Shown in pieces: positions 38,605 to 48,634 of a DNA stretch of 64,000 nt (positions are counted from its first letter, which is position 1; each line of letters opens with the position of its first letter). The notes under the pieces are model-generated. The model made no database searches. It was not told the DNA's origin and saw only the letters and a program-made list of their open reading frames with translations. This DNA comes from Anaerolineales bacterium. Its GTDB lineage: Bacteria > Chloroflexota > Anaerolineae > Anaerolineales > RBG-16-64-43. A program made the translations under genes and the position numbers. The DNA lies in contig JBEKSY010000013.1 of assembly GCA_049516595.1 (NCBI GenBank), forward strand, positions 11,475-75,474. The letters run 5' to 3'.

Positions 38605-40281
38605 ATGACAAGATATCGCTGGCAAATCCTGATCGCGGTTGTGGGCGTGGTCGTCATCCTCTTGATTCTTCTGGTTCAAAAGAGCCCGGGCAGCCGCCCC
38701 GCGACTATTGCCCCTCAGGGAATTCGGGGGGGCAAGTATACGGAGGCGCTGGTCGGCCATCTGCAAAGGCTGGATCCCTTGTTGGATTCGGGCAACCAGG
38801 TTGATCGGGATGTTGACCAGCTCATCTACTCCGGCCTCGTCGGATTCGATGCCCAGGGAAGGCCCGTTCCCGACCTGGCCCAAGGCTGGGTCATCAGCAG
38901 GGACGCCCTCACTTACACCGTGATTCTCCGCAAGGATGCCCGCTGGCAGGATGGGACCCCGGTCACCACCCGGGACGTGCTATTCACATTTGGTTTGATG
39001 CAGGACTCGAATTATCCTGGCCCGGCGGATTTGGGCCAGATGTGGAGACTGATCAAGATCCAAGCGCTGGATGATTCCACCGTCAATTTCACTCTACCCG
39101 AGCCCTATGCGCCGTTCCTTGACTACCTGTCGCAAGGATTGCTGCCGGAGCATCTGCTCGCAGGGGTAAAAGCTCAGGATTTGGCGGCCCAGACTTTTAA
39201 CATTGCCCCGATCGGCACCGGTCCATTTCGCCTCGACCACTTGATCACCGGGCAGAACCAGGTCACGGGAGTGGTGCTGTCTCCATCAGCAAACTACTAT
39301 GGCGCCAAACCTCTTTTGAGTGAAGTGGACTTCCAGTACTTCAGTTCGCTCAACGTGGCCTTTCAGGCTCTCCGTACAGGACAGGTGATGGGCTTGGGAG
39401 GGTTAACCCCGCCGATGGTCGAAGAGGCTCTACAACTCCCGAACCTGCAGCTGTTCACCGCCCGGCTGCCGGATCTGAGCCTGGTTCTTCTCAACCTGAA
39501 AAACGATGGGGATCCGTTCTTCGGGATCCGTGAGGTGCGGGAGGCGCTCTTGCTCTCCCTAAACCGCGAGCGCATCATCAACCTGACCCTTGCAGGCCAG
39601 GCCTTCCCCGCGGCGGGCCCGATTCTCCCCGGCACATGGGCCGCGGACCCTGGTCTGGCTTCCGCATCCTTTGACCCGGTGCAAGCGGCCCAGCTCTTGG
39701 ATGGGTCCGGCTGGCAGCTTCCCACGAGCGCTGCTCCAGGTACCGACGCCTATGTTCGGGCGAAAGACAACAAGGCCCTGCAGTTCTCTCTGGTCTATCC
39801 CGACGATCCGCTCCATGCTCGCATCGCGCAATTGATCCAGTCGCAGTGGGCTGGCATCGGAGCAAAGGTCGCGTTGAAAGGTGTCAGCGGAAGTGCCCTT
39901 CTTGAGGATTATCTGCAGCCGCGATCGTATGACGCCGCCCTGGTGGACTTTGACCTCTCCCGATATCCGGATCCCGATCCTTACCCCTTCTGGCATCAAA
40001 CCCAAGCGACCTCGGGACAAAACTACTCGCAGCTAGATGATCGTTCCATCAGCGAGCCCCTGGAAATGGCGCGGACCAATCCCGACCCGGCCACCCGCGC
40101 CCAACTCTACCGGACCTTTCAGGATCGCTTTGCCTACGAAGTCCCGGCCATCCTGCTATGGTACCCGACCTATGCGTACGCGCTGGACGTGAGCGTGAAG
40201 GGAATCTCTCTGGGGCCGCTGCTCGATGCGAGTGATCGTCTCCGCACTCTCGGTCAGTGGTATTTCACGACAGCTCGTTGA
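38605..40281 (+). CDS. Peptide/nickel ABC transporter substrate-binding protein (family 5), orphan, N-terminal TM anchor
   Basis: IYSGLV, PDLA, WQDGTPVT..DV.FT, PIGTGPF, DPDPYPFWH. Confidence 0.9.
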   Translation: MTRYRWQILIAVVGVVVILLILLVQKSPGSRPATIAPQGIRGGKYTEALVGHLQRLDPLLDSGNQVDRDVDQLIYSGLVGFDAQGRPVPDLAQGWVISRDALTYTVILRKDARWQDGTPVTTRDVLFTFGLMQDSNYPGPADLGQMWRLIKIQALDDSTVNFTLPEPYAPFLDYLSQGLLPEHLLAGVKAQDLAAQTFNIAPIGTGPFRLDHLITGQNQVTGVVLSPSANYYGAKPLLSEVDFQYFSSLNVAFQALRTGQVMGLGGLTPPMVEEALQLPNLQLFTARLPDLSLVLLNLKNDGDPFFGIREVREALLLSLNRERIINLTLAGQAFPAAGPILPGTWAADPGLASASFDPVQAAQLLDGSGWQLPTSAAPGTDAYVRAKDNKALQFSLVYPDDPLHARIAQLIQSQWAGIGAKVALKGVSGSALLEDYLQPRSYDAALVDFDLSRYPDPDPYPFWHQTQATSGQNYSQLDDRSISEPLEMARTNPDPATRAQLYRTFQDRFAYEVPAILLWYPTYAYALDVSVKGISLGPLLDASDRLRTLGQWYFTTAR

Positions 40282-40402
40282 GGTTGAGGCTTGCCGGGCC
40301 CGCCACTCGGGATCCCGTTCGGGGTGCGGAGCACCCGACGGGAAGGATATTGCTCGGGGTAAGGCGCGCTGGCGCAGGATGGCGCTCGGCCAGAAACGAA
40401 GA

Positions 40403-40428
40403 GGGGGGTCGAGCTCAATCGACCCCCC
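40403..40428 (-). terminator. Hairpin terminator after the IscA-like gene
   Basis: GGGGGGTCGA...TCGACCCCCC between convergent genes. Confidence 0.6.
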
Positions 40429-40457
40429 ACTGGGTATGGCAACGAAGAAAGGCTTCC

Positions 40458-40892
40458 TCAGGCGCCGCAACCGCAGCTGCAGCTTCCTTCGCACTCGCCT
40501 CCGCAGGTACAGGCCGAGGATCCCTCCGAGGCCTCCAGGTCCTCCGCCGTACGGAAGGACTTCCCGCATCCACAGGTGGAGACAACGTTGGGATTGTCAA
40601 TGGCGAAGTCGCCGCCGGATGGATCAGAAACGAAGTCGATGGTGGAACCGCGCAGGTAGCGAAGCGAGTTTGAGTCGATCACAATGGGGAACCTCTGAGA
40701 CTCAAATCTTTGATCCCCGCTTCTTGACCCGCCCTCCGAACTCATGCCGTATTGGTACCCGCCACAGCCTCCGCTGTAGACAAAAACCCGGACGGCCTGG
40801 CCCTCGCGGTTGCTCTTTGTATAAAGGTCTCGAAGCGCACCTGCGGCGGCTGGGGTCAAGGTTATTGCCTCAACCTGCGTACCAATCACCAT
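40458..40892 (-). CDS. HesB/IscA A-type Fe-S carrier with Cys-rich C-terminal tail
   Basis: GGCGGYQY, NPN...CGCGKSF; tail CTCGGECEGSCSCGCGA. Confidence 0.92.
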   Translation of the reverse strand: MVIGTQVEAITLTPAAAGALRDLYTKSNREGQAVRVFVYSGGCGGYQYGMSSEGGSRSGDQRFESQRFPIVIDSNSLRYLRGSTIDFVSDPSGGDFAIDNPNVVSTCGCGKSFRTAEDLEASEGSSACTCGGECEGSCSCGCGA

Positions 40893-40925
40893 GGGTCCTC
40901 CCTGAAGCTGTCATTCTACAATAAT

Positions 40926-40961
40926 AAGATATAGTTTATCCGAGTATCTTGCCAATGTCAA
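40926..40961 (-). promoter_or_regulatory. Sigma70 promoter of the IscA-like gene overlapped by a palindromic operator
   Basis: TTGACA-N17-TAAACT on the minus strand; AAGATA-N13-TATCTT inverted repeat spanning the -10 box. Confidence 0.65.
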
Positions 40962-41415
40962 CCAACGACGCAGTGGTGCTAGACGCAGTGGCTGGCGAGC
41001 CGAGGGCGACCGGCGACCGCAGGCAGGGAAAGGCGGTCAGTTGGCGCGTCGACCCGACCCGGGCCTCTTGGAACGACGGTTCCTGCCCCGAACTGGGCCA
41101 CGAACCATGGACCAATGAATGAATAGGGGAGGGATAAGCGAGTGCGACCGCTGGTGAAGGGCTGACCGAATGGGAGAGCCGCCTGCGACAGACAGTGCAA
41201 AAGCCTGCGGCCGCAGACGCCGAAGGGGGCCAGAGGAGCCGAATGAGGGAGCGCGTCTTCTCATCCCTGTGGAGCGCTCCATGCGGCGGAGGCGCCGCAA
41301 CTGCCGGGAGAGCAAAGGGGGAGCCGCCCCGCGGGTCGGGATCATTCCCGGGAAGTGGGATTGAAGTTCGATTGGCTGCCTGGGACCTGCCCTCACCGAA
41401 TGGTCGCTGACCGGC

Positions 41416-43767
41416 CTAGAGGAAGGATATCTGGGAATCCATCTTGCCCAAGGGATCCAGGCCCAGCCTCTGATCGACGGTTTCCCAAGAAAGCATAGTG
41501 TCGGCGAGCAAGCGACGCACATGTCGGAACTTGAGGAAACGCCACCCGTTTTCTACCGCATGCCGGATCAGCCAGTTTCTTCGCATCTTGTACTCAACTA
41601 AGCTCGAGCGTCCACCGGGAAGGACGATCCACGAAGCTTGCGGATCCAGACGAGGATCGAGCAGGAAGTGACCGAGAGCGCAAGACGTCAGAACGCAATA
41701 GCGGTATCGCACCTCATCACTCGAGTCCCGCCACTCCAGCGGGTTGACACCGGTGACGGTGTATCCCAGTCGCTTCCCGAGCGTTCCCAGGCTCGAGCGA
41801 ACCGTTTCCAGTTCCTCGACCCTGCGCTCGGTCTGGTCCTCCTCACGCAGGCTCCACAGTTGGGTGGATGGGTCTTCCTTGCCGTAAGATCGCAGGCAGG
41901 CCCGAAGGAGTCGCGCCTCGGGGGTCAACATCCCCGGAAACAACGTGCATACCAACGCGTCCAATCGCTCGGAGGCTATGGGAGGTTCCACGGTGAGGAC
42001 CCTGCGAACCTCAGCCTCCACCCGGTCAGAAAGGGGGATCCCCGCCAGCGAAGGATCATGGATCCACCAGGTGTTTCCCAGCTCGCTCTCTTCGCCGCGC
42101 GCGGTTGCAATTTGGGGATGCGTCTCAACCGCTTCGGCGACCACGGCTTGGCATCTTGAGAAATGGGCGTCTTCTTCTCTCGGCTCCACCGGGGGCAGAA
42201 GATGGTGGGCGGCCGCTTCCCTCCAGGCCTCGGCTTGCAGCACCTCCCAGGGCGTAGGCTCCGACCGATCCAAGACTAGTTGGAAGGCGCATTGCCGTAC
42301 TTTAGCCATGAACGGCCCAAACGACTCGGAGCTTACAGATCTTGGGACAGACGGGGTTCTCCCAGGAATGCGCCAGATCATTTGGCAGATGCCGATATCC
42401 GGCCGCAATGCCGTGCCCTCCAGATCAAGCCCACCACGCTCGAACGCCCAAGCCGATGCGGCCAAGAACCCAGGTTCCGACTCGCCCAAGATGGAGATCA
42501 CTGCCGCCCCAGGCCTGAGCCTTGCGGCCAAGGCCTCGATCGAGGATCGCAGCGCGCGCGCATGCCAAGCCCAGTCGTATCGCCTCCGGTGAAGCATCCC
42601 GCGGAGTGGAGCCACAGACTCGGGTCCCCAAAGCCATCCCGCCCACATTGCGGAAAGCGTCCAGAGAGCCTGATTCGGCCGGGGCAGGAGGGAAACCACG
42701 ATGGAAGGGGGCGACTGGGGCAGAGCCATCACCAAGTCACGAGCCGAGCCAGCGAAAAGGGACAGGACCCCGGATTGCAAAGGCTCCCCGGGTTTCCAGG
42801 AGACCAAGGGCACGCTGCCCTGAACGTGACCCCAATAATCCCCGGCCCGCTCGAAGGCACGCCAGACATTGATTTCCCGGTAGTGGGCTGGAACTTGGAG
42901 GGAACGCGGCCGCAAGCGTGCGGAGGGGGGATGTCCCCGCAAAACGTGGGCCTGGTCCAGTACCGCCAGGAGTAGCCCTTCCCCACAACGTCGCTGTTTC
43001 CCTGAGAGGTTCAGAGATTCCATGCGGGTGAGGATCAGGAACAAGGCATAGAGGGAGCGCAGAGGGTAGACGCGCAGGGCCTCCACGGCGTGCGTTCGGT
43101 CGGGATGGTCCGGCGGAGCCAGGCGCTCGAGCGCGAGGTGGAAATACAGACCACGCGAGAGATAGGGGGCGACCAGCCGCTCATCCTCAGCAGTGACCGG
43201 ATCAACGGCTTCCCTCCCGCAGCGGGGGCAGTGATAATCCCGCAGCGTCAACCGGTGGCGCTCCGAAATGCCAACGAGCGATTCGGCTGGGCTGTCCTCA
43301 AGCGAGTCCGGGAGCGACCAAATAAAGGAGTCCGCCTCAACGGCTTGTCCACAAGAAGCACAGGATGTTTGGTACAGAGCCCGCAGAGACTCCTCCACAG
43401 TCTCTCCTTCCCGGTACGGCTCGGCAGCAATGGACCGCGCTCGGGCTGAGGCTTCCCGCACCGATCTGCGGGCAGTCCTGATCAAGGCCAAGGTGCTGGC
43501 TACCAGCTCTGAATCAGGGGGATTGGCATGCAGATCGGTCAGGAACCGCTGGATGGGATTGAGGCAGCCAACCAGGACTCCCGCGCCCTCGCGCACCAAC
43601 TCCAGAGCGGGCCAAGGCGACTGGCCGAAGGGGTCGATGACCTGCTCACTACCTTCTGCGTACTTGCGGAAGAAGTAGGTCGCGGATCCGGCGCTGTAGG
43701 GAGGCAGGAAGATGGAAAGCGGACCAGCCAGCTCGATTCTTTGACCTGGGTAGAAGGCAGTGTTCAT
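41416..43767 (-). CDS. Large hypothetical protein resembling a degenerate Zn-ribbon adenine DNA methyltransferase
   Basis: IDPFGQSP (motif I-like), CASCG/CPRCG, LLPRPN..WTLSAMWAGWL where DPPY would be expected. Confidence 0.65.
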   Translation of the reverse strand: MNTAFYPGQRIELAGPLSIFLPPYSAGSATYFFRKYAEGSEQVIDPFGQSPWPALELVREGAGVLVGCLNPIQRFLTDLHANPPDSELVASTLALIRTARRSVREASARARSIAAEPYREGETVEESLRALYQTSCASCGQAVEADSFIWSLPDSLEDSPAESLVGISERHRLTLRDYHCPRCGREAVDPVTAEDERLVAPYLSRGLYFHLALERLAPPDHPDRTHAVEALRVYPLRSLYALFLILTRMESLNLSGKQRRCGEGLLLAVLDQAHVLRGHPPSARLRPRSLQVPAHYREINVWRAFERAGDYWGHVQGSVPLVSWKPGEPLQSGVLSLFAGSARDLVMALPQSPPSIVVSLLPRPNQALWTLSAMWAGWLWGPESVAPLRGMLHRRRYDWAWHARALRSSIEALAARLRPGAAVISILGESEPGFLAASAWAFERGGLDLEGTALRPDIGICQMIWRIPGRTPSVPRSVSSESFGPFMAKVRQCAFQLVLDRSEPTPWEVLQAEAWREAAAHHLLPPVEPREEDAHFSRCQAVVAEAVETHPQIATARGEESELGNTWWIHDPSLAGIPLSDRVEAEVRRVLTVEPPIASERLDALVCTLFPGMLTPEARLLRACLRSYGKEDPSTQLWSLREEDQTERRVEELETVRSSLGTLGKRLGYTVTGVNPLEWRDSSDEVRYRYCVLTSCALGHFLLDPRLDPQASWIVLPGGRSSLVEYKMRRNWLIRHAVENGWRFLKFRHVRRLLADTMLSWETVDQRLGLDPLGKMDSQISFL

Positions 43768-43918
43768 ATCTCTCCCGAGTCTAGTATAGCCTTCAGCCCT
43801 CGCCCGGCCACCCGGCCGGGCGGTCGCAGGGCAGGAAAGAATCCTACTTCCACCCAAAGGACCCGAGCGACAGGGAAAGGATGACCTGTCCCGGGACTCC
43901 CTCGACCTAGCCGCTGGG

Positions 43919-45187
43919 TTAGCTCGGTCCGGCGAGCCGGAGGAGGTCCGGGTAGCTGGAAATCATTGCCACGGTTCGCAGGAAGTCCCCGAGCGAGAGG
44001 CTGCGGTGGAATAACCGTTCGACCGCCGGGCCGACAGGGTCGGAGCCCCGTTGACCGGGCTGGTCGGCGTATGCTCCGTAGAACGCAAAATAGGCTTGGT
44101 TGAGCTTGCGTAGGAAGTAGCCGTGCTGCACGAAGACCTCCCGTTGCCTCTCCATGTAGGCTTCCGCCTCATTGATCTTTTCCTCGGCCAGGAGCTGGTC
44201 GGCATGGACGCGGGTCGCGTGCATTTCAGTCTGGAAATCAAAAGCTGGAGGCAGAAGGGTAGGCACACTCGGAGGAGAGGGTAAGGAGGGCGAGGGCGGT
44301 GGAACCAGATCCGGATAGAACTGGGCGATGACTTCGCTGCCGATGCCGGTTCCGACAATGTCGGCCACGGTTTCATTGATGGTCCGCATCTGCGGGGAAG
44401 CATCGTAGTTCCAACCAAGCGGTCGAACGCCCAAGTAGTCGTGCGTCCACTCATGGGCAATTGTCTGAGTTGCCCAGTTGAGGCTGCTGGTCTCCTCTAT
44501 CATGGTTGGATAGGTCCCGATCCCCCCGAGCGGGACCACCAGCGCGGAAACGTCCAGATCCTTTGCAACCCGATCTTCTAGGTTCACCTGCTGGTCCAGG
44601 GGCAGGTCCGGACTCAATTCGATGCTGGCTTCCTCCCGGATCACCCCGCGCGGGGAAATTATCAAGGCGAGTGGAATGGAGCTGAAGTGGAACAATACCG
44701 GGGGCATGACCTGACCGGCAGCTGCAAATCCCTGCAGGGCAAGCTCGTAGGCGACCTGCTCCTGGAGGATAGCCTCCACCGTGGTTTGCCGGGCGGTCGC
44801 CTGAGCTTCCATATCCTGGAGATGGATCCGCAGGAGTTGGCTGGCCTGCAAAGGATCCCGCCGGGAGGGATCCGCGTAGATTTGCTCGACCTGCCCTTGA
44901 AGATCCTCGATCTGGCCGGTCAGGTGGAAATACTGCTCTACGAGTTGCTGCTGCTGGCTGGAATTGAGGTAGTATTCCTCATGAAGTGTCGATTGGGCGA
45001 ACTTGATGGCGATGGCATCGAAAGTCCAGCCTGCAAAGTCGAAGAGATTGCTGGAAGCCAGCCAGGTAGCGCGATCCGGAATTCCTTGAGGAAGCCAGGC
45101 CCCTCCGCCTGTCAGACCGAGGAAGACCAGGAGCACGAGGCCCAGGCGAGCCCAGCGAACAAAGGCCGCCGGGAAGTTACGAGACAT
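43919..45187 (-). CDS. Membrane-anchored hypothetical protein with zincin HExxH motif
   Basis: N-terminal TM; GGIGTYPTM, AHEWTH...NETVA, LNQAYFAFYGAY. Confidence 0.75.
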   Translation of the reverse strand: MSRNFPAAFVRWARLGLVLLVFLGLTGGGAWLPQGIPDRATWLASSNLFDFAGWTFDAIAIKFAQSTLHEEYYLNSSQQQQLVEQYFHLTGQIEDLQGQVEQIYADPSRRDPLQASQLLRIHLQDMEAQATARQTTVEAILQEQVAYELALQGFAAAGQVMPPVLFHFSSIPLALIISPRGVIREEASIELSPDLPLDQQVNLEDRVAKDLDVSALVVPLGGIGTYPTMIEETSSLNWATQTIAHEWTHDYLGVRPLGWNYDASPQMRTINETVADIVGTGIGSEVIAQFYPDLVPPPSPSLPSPPSVPTLLPPAFDFQTEMHATRVHADQLLAEEKINEAEAYMERQREVFVQHGYFLRKLNQAYFAFYGAYADQPGQRGSDPVGPAVERLFHRSLSLGDFLRTVAMISSYPDLLRLAGPS

Positions 45188-45306
45188 GAGGTCATCATAC
45201 CGGCTCGGCTGGGCCGCGTCAACGCAACACACTCGGGGGCCAGGGCGCGCGGGACCGATCTGCGGATTGCGTGAGGACCCATGAGAGGACGTCGGCAAGC
45301 TTGGTG

Positions 45307-46113
45307 ATGGGAGTAGCGAGGCACAGAGTGGTGCGACAGAAAACCAAAAAGCCTGTTAGCCATCGCATTCTGGTCGGGGAAGAGGAAGCCATCTTTGGTG
45401 TTCTGCCCCAGAACCTCCTGGGGAACCTGTTCAAGCCAGCTTCTGAGACGGCGATCGTCTGGAATCTCATCTACCCTAGGGCCCGGCCGACTCTCTCCCT
45501 GGCGCCATGGATGGCAATACCTCCTCTGGCGGGGACGCCCTCCCTCCGGGACGAGGACGAGCTAACCCCTTTCTTTTGGGGCCATGGAGTCGACGGCGAA
45601 CGGTTGCAGGTTCTTGAGGAAGCCTTGCGTAGGGTCGATGGTGACGAGGCTCGCACCGAAGTGGACATGATTCTGCTGGGGAGCCGGAATGTCGTGGTGA
45701 TTGAAGCAAAGAACTTGGCGAGCCTGGGGCGGTGCACGCGATACCAGCACGGACGATGCCCGGAGATCCACTTTCCTCCTTTTGCTCCCGGAGCAGTCGC
45801 CTTCTGTCGATACTGGGAAGGCAGAACCTCGAGATTCACGGAACACCTTGAGTTTGGCAGCAGGCCGACGCCCAATCAAGTGGGCCCGCTGTGCAACCGC
45901 CACTATCAACTCGGACGCGTCCTGCTGGTCGGAACCGCGATCGCCAGACTCCTGGACAAACAACTTCATTTATGGCTTCTCACCTCGAGAAAGAGGTGGC
46001 CTACACTCAAGCGCGATTGGGAGGATTTCACAGGGCGAATTCGAGACGACGGCCTCTGGCGAAGATCGCGTGCCTTGGCCTGGGAGGAGGTTGTGACAGT
46101 CCCCGTCCGCTGA
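45307..46113 (+). CDS. Hypothetical PD-(D/E)XK nuclease-like protein
   Basis: SETAIVWN, TEVD...VIEAK, four Cys, HYQLGR. Confidence 0.6.
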   Translation: MGVARHRVVRQKTKKPVSHRILVGEEEAIFGVLPQNLLGNLFKPASETAIVWNLIYPRARPTLSLAPWMAIPPLAGTPSLRDEDELTPFFWGHGVDGERLQVLEEALRRVDGDEARTEVDMILLGSRNVVVIEAKNLASLGRCTRYQHGRCPEIHFPPFAPGAVAFCRYWEGRTSRFTEHLEFGSRPTPNQVGPLCNRHYQLGRVLLVGTAIARLLDKQLHLWLLTSRKRWPTLKRDWEDFTGRIRDDGLWRRSRALAWEEVVTVPVR

Positions 46114-47059
46114 GCCACGGGTAGAAGAACCGAATCGTCCGGAGGGCAACGGGGTTCCATTGGAGCGAGGTGCCCTTTGGATGGTCTTCCTGTTTGCGCA
46201 CGCTACCCAGCCCAGAAGGTCTTCTCCAGATCCTCCTGGGGAGCCTTCGGCCGACCGATGACAGGGTTGAGGCAACGGGCCTGCGGCAAGTGCCGAAGCC
46301 CGGACCAAGCCTGAGCTCGCGCTGATTCTAGAGACCTTTTTCAATAGCTGGCTCATCGCTCACCCATGTCCTAGCCCCAGAGCTTCCCTCAGGCAGCAGC
46401 GCCCGTCCTCAGAGCAATAGCTGGAGCATCCTCGCGAAGTCTGGCGTCGGAATTGGAATGCAGCCTTGCGGCGGACCCCAGGCCGTTGATCGCCTGAACC
46501 CTCCCCTTAGGCAAAAAGCAAGCTCCCCATCGGCCGCCATGCGGCCACACCTAACGCCCCAACCTATGCGCATGGGTGCTGAAGGGAAGGGGAGCCAACG
46601 TCCGTCGTGGGGGGGCTCGGCCCAAGGTAGCTGGACCTCCGAAAGCGGTTCCTGCTCTTTCCCCGCTTGAGCGGACTGTGTCGTCGTGAACGCAAATTGG
46701 GTTCTAGATGGCAGACTTGTCCCCCTGTCAATAGCCGCCCACCCAATAAATATGTGAAGTTGGGAACAAACTCAACTCCAGGTTGTCACATCGAGAGCGA
46801 TACGAGTGAGACCGTGCTATACTTCGGGTTGTCCCGGACTATTGGCATCTGATTGCCCATAATTGTTTCGTGGTCTGAGGGGCTCCTATAGGATCCATCT
46901 TGACCGTGAGCTGTGATCCACCCTGACTCTCTGGACGAGGGCCAGGCCTACTTGCCAACTTCCGGAGGAGTGACCCAAGGCATTCAGGTGACCGGAAGGG
47001 GTCTGGCTGGGGACGGCATAACTGATTCGCCAAGGACCTTGCCGCCCCAGGGAGGTGTC

Positions 47060-47716
47060 ATGTCGGGAGGCCATGGCAAGTCGGTGGAGGTTGGCGTGAG
47101 ATTGCGGGCGCTGCGTGAGGAGCGTTCCTTTTCTCTCCGGGCCCTCGCCCGCTCGGCCGGAATGTCTGCCAACGCACTCAGCCTGATCGAGCGGGGGCGT
47201 ACATCGCCGAGCGTCACCACCCTTTCGCGGCTGGCCGAGGCGCTCAGGGTTCCGGTGACGGCCTTCTTCCGCGGGGAGATTCGTCAGGTCCCGATCGTGT
47301 ATTGCAAGGCCGGCGAGCGCAGTCGCATGCTCTTTCCGGGAGGATTGTGGGAAGGGTTGGGGGGCGAGCAGTTTGTGGGGCGTGTCTTGCCCTTCGTGAT
47401 GACCCTGGAAGAAAGAGCGACGAGCGGCCCGCATTTGATGGTCCACAGCGGGCAGGAGTTCGTGTTCTGCTTGCAAGGGGGGCTTGAATACTCGGTGGAG
47501 CTGGAGACCTTTGCCCTCGAGGCGGGTGATAGCCTGCTCTTTGGTGCCCACATGCGCCACCGCTGGCGAAACCCAGGTAGCGTGCCCTGCCGCGCAATGC
47601 TTCTCCTTTCGGGAGGGGGAGAAGATTTTTCTCCCGCGCACCACGTACCACCCGAATCTCGCCTGGAGAATCTGGAACGGTCGGTAGGTAATGGAGGACT
47701 GGGGGACGAGCTTTAG
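47060..47716 (+). CDS. XRE-family HTH regulator with cupin domain
   Basis: VGVRLRALRE..SLRALA..S.IERG..SPS; HSGQE..L.G..LEAGDSL.F..HRWRN; GGAGG RBS. Confidence 0.92.
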   Translation: MSGGHGKSVEVGVRLRALREERSFSLRALARSAGMSANALSLIERGRTSPSVTTLSRLAEALRVPVTAFFRGEIRQVPIVYCKAGERSRMLFPGGLWEGLGGEQFVGRVLPFVMTLEERATSGPHLMVHSGQEFVFCLQGGLEYSVELETFALEAGDSLLFGAHMRHRWRNPGSVPCRAMLLLSGGGEDFSPAHHVPPESRLENLERSVGNGGLGDEL

Positions 47717-47806
47717 ACTCCCCATCGGACTCGTGAGGCCGGTTTCTCAATTGGGATCTCGCCTCGGCTGGGTGCAAACCGTCAGCCTCTCGGGCAGAGG
47801 AATAGC

Positions 47807-48634
47807 TCAGACGCGGGTGGTCCACGCTGCTGACCGGTACTTGTCCTCGGTCAGTAGGGTCGCCCTTGATAGCTCCTCCGGGGTCAAGCCCCCTTCAACC
47901 CAGGCAAGGGAAAGCGCCTCCGCAAAGCCTTGGGCGAGAGCGTTTGCCGCCGCCTCCCATGAAATCTCTTTCCCCAAGGCTTCTGCCAGAGAGACGGCCC
48001 TTTGGCGCACCCGAGCCATGGCGGTCTCACGATCCTGTTCATCGATCCGCATGCCCAAGATGATGCGACCGAGATCCCCTTGCAGCGGAAGGGAGCCGTG
48101 TTGCAGCACCGCTCCCATTCTGCGGAGCTGAGCGCTGCCAACGAGCTTGCGCCCCTTTATGGTGATTTCGTAGTTGGACGGAATCTCAAAGCAGACCCCC
48201 CCCCTGGACCCCTCTCGGACCTCAAGCGCATTGGCTTCCGGTTCGAGGCCGAGAAGCGAGAGCCCTCGAATCAACCCGCGGCTAAGGCTACGGTAACTTT
48301 CAAGGATGCTGCCCGTTACCCGCATGTCGTCCTGCGGAGAGGCGATGGCGTAGGTGAGCTCCTGCGTGTGCAGGATCGCCCTTCCCCCCGTGGGGCGTCT
48401 CACGAGATCCCAATCCATTCCGCGCAGGCCCTCCGCATTTGCATCCGATGCTGGCTGGGCATACCCTAGGGAGAGACAGGCAGGCGTCCAGGCGTAGAGG
48501 CGTAGCGTTGGAGCAGAGGTTCCGCGAGCCACGGAATCCAGGATCGCCTCATCTAGGGCCATGTTCTCGGGGCCCGAGTGCGGAGGGGAGAAAAGCAGAC
48601 GCCAAGTGGCCGGGGCAATTGGATCGGATTCCAC
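47807..48634 (-). CDS. Lipoate--protein ligase / octanoyltransferase (LipM/LplA family)
   Basis: NMALDEA, LSLGYAQ, RRPTGGRAILH, CF, KLVGSAQ, LQHGS. Confidence 0.92.
   Translation of the reverse strand: MESDPIAPATWRLLFSPPHSGPENMALDEAILDSVARGTSAPTLRLYAWTPACLSLGYAQPASDANAEGLRGMDWDLVRRPTGGRAILHTQELTYAIASPQDDMRVTGSILESYRSLSRGLIRGLSLLGLEPEANALEVREGSRGGVCFEIPSNYEITIKGRKLVGSAQLRRMGAVLQHGSLPLQGDLGRIILGMRIDEQDRETAMARVRQRAVSLAEALGKEISWEAAANALAQGFAEALSLAWVEGGLTPEELSRATLLTEDKYRSAAWTTRV

Noticed and set aside
40400-40460. Sec read-through of the IscA/HesB TGA stop
   Set aside because: All catalytic Cys positions are already Cys; the downstream hairpin looks like a terminator and the extension is not protein-like.
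46114-47059. Long intergenic region with possible decayed gene fragments and nested palindromes (ATGTGA...TCACAT near 46752-46791)
   Set aside because: No continuous recognisable frame; the palindrome spacing does not match a CRP/FNR site. Probably the regulatory region of the XRE gene.
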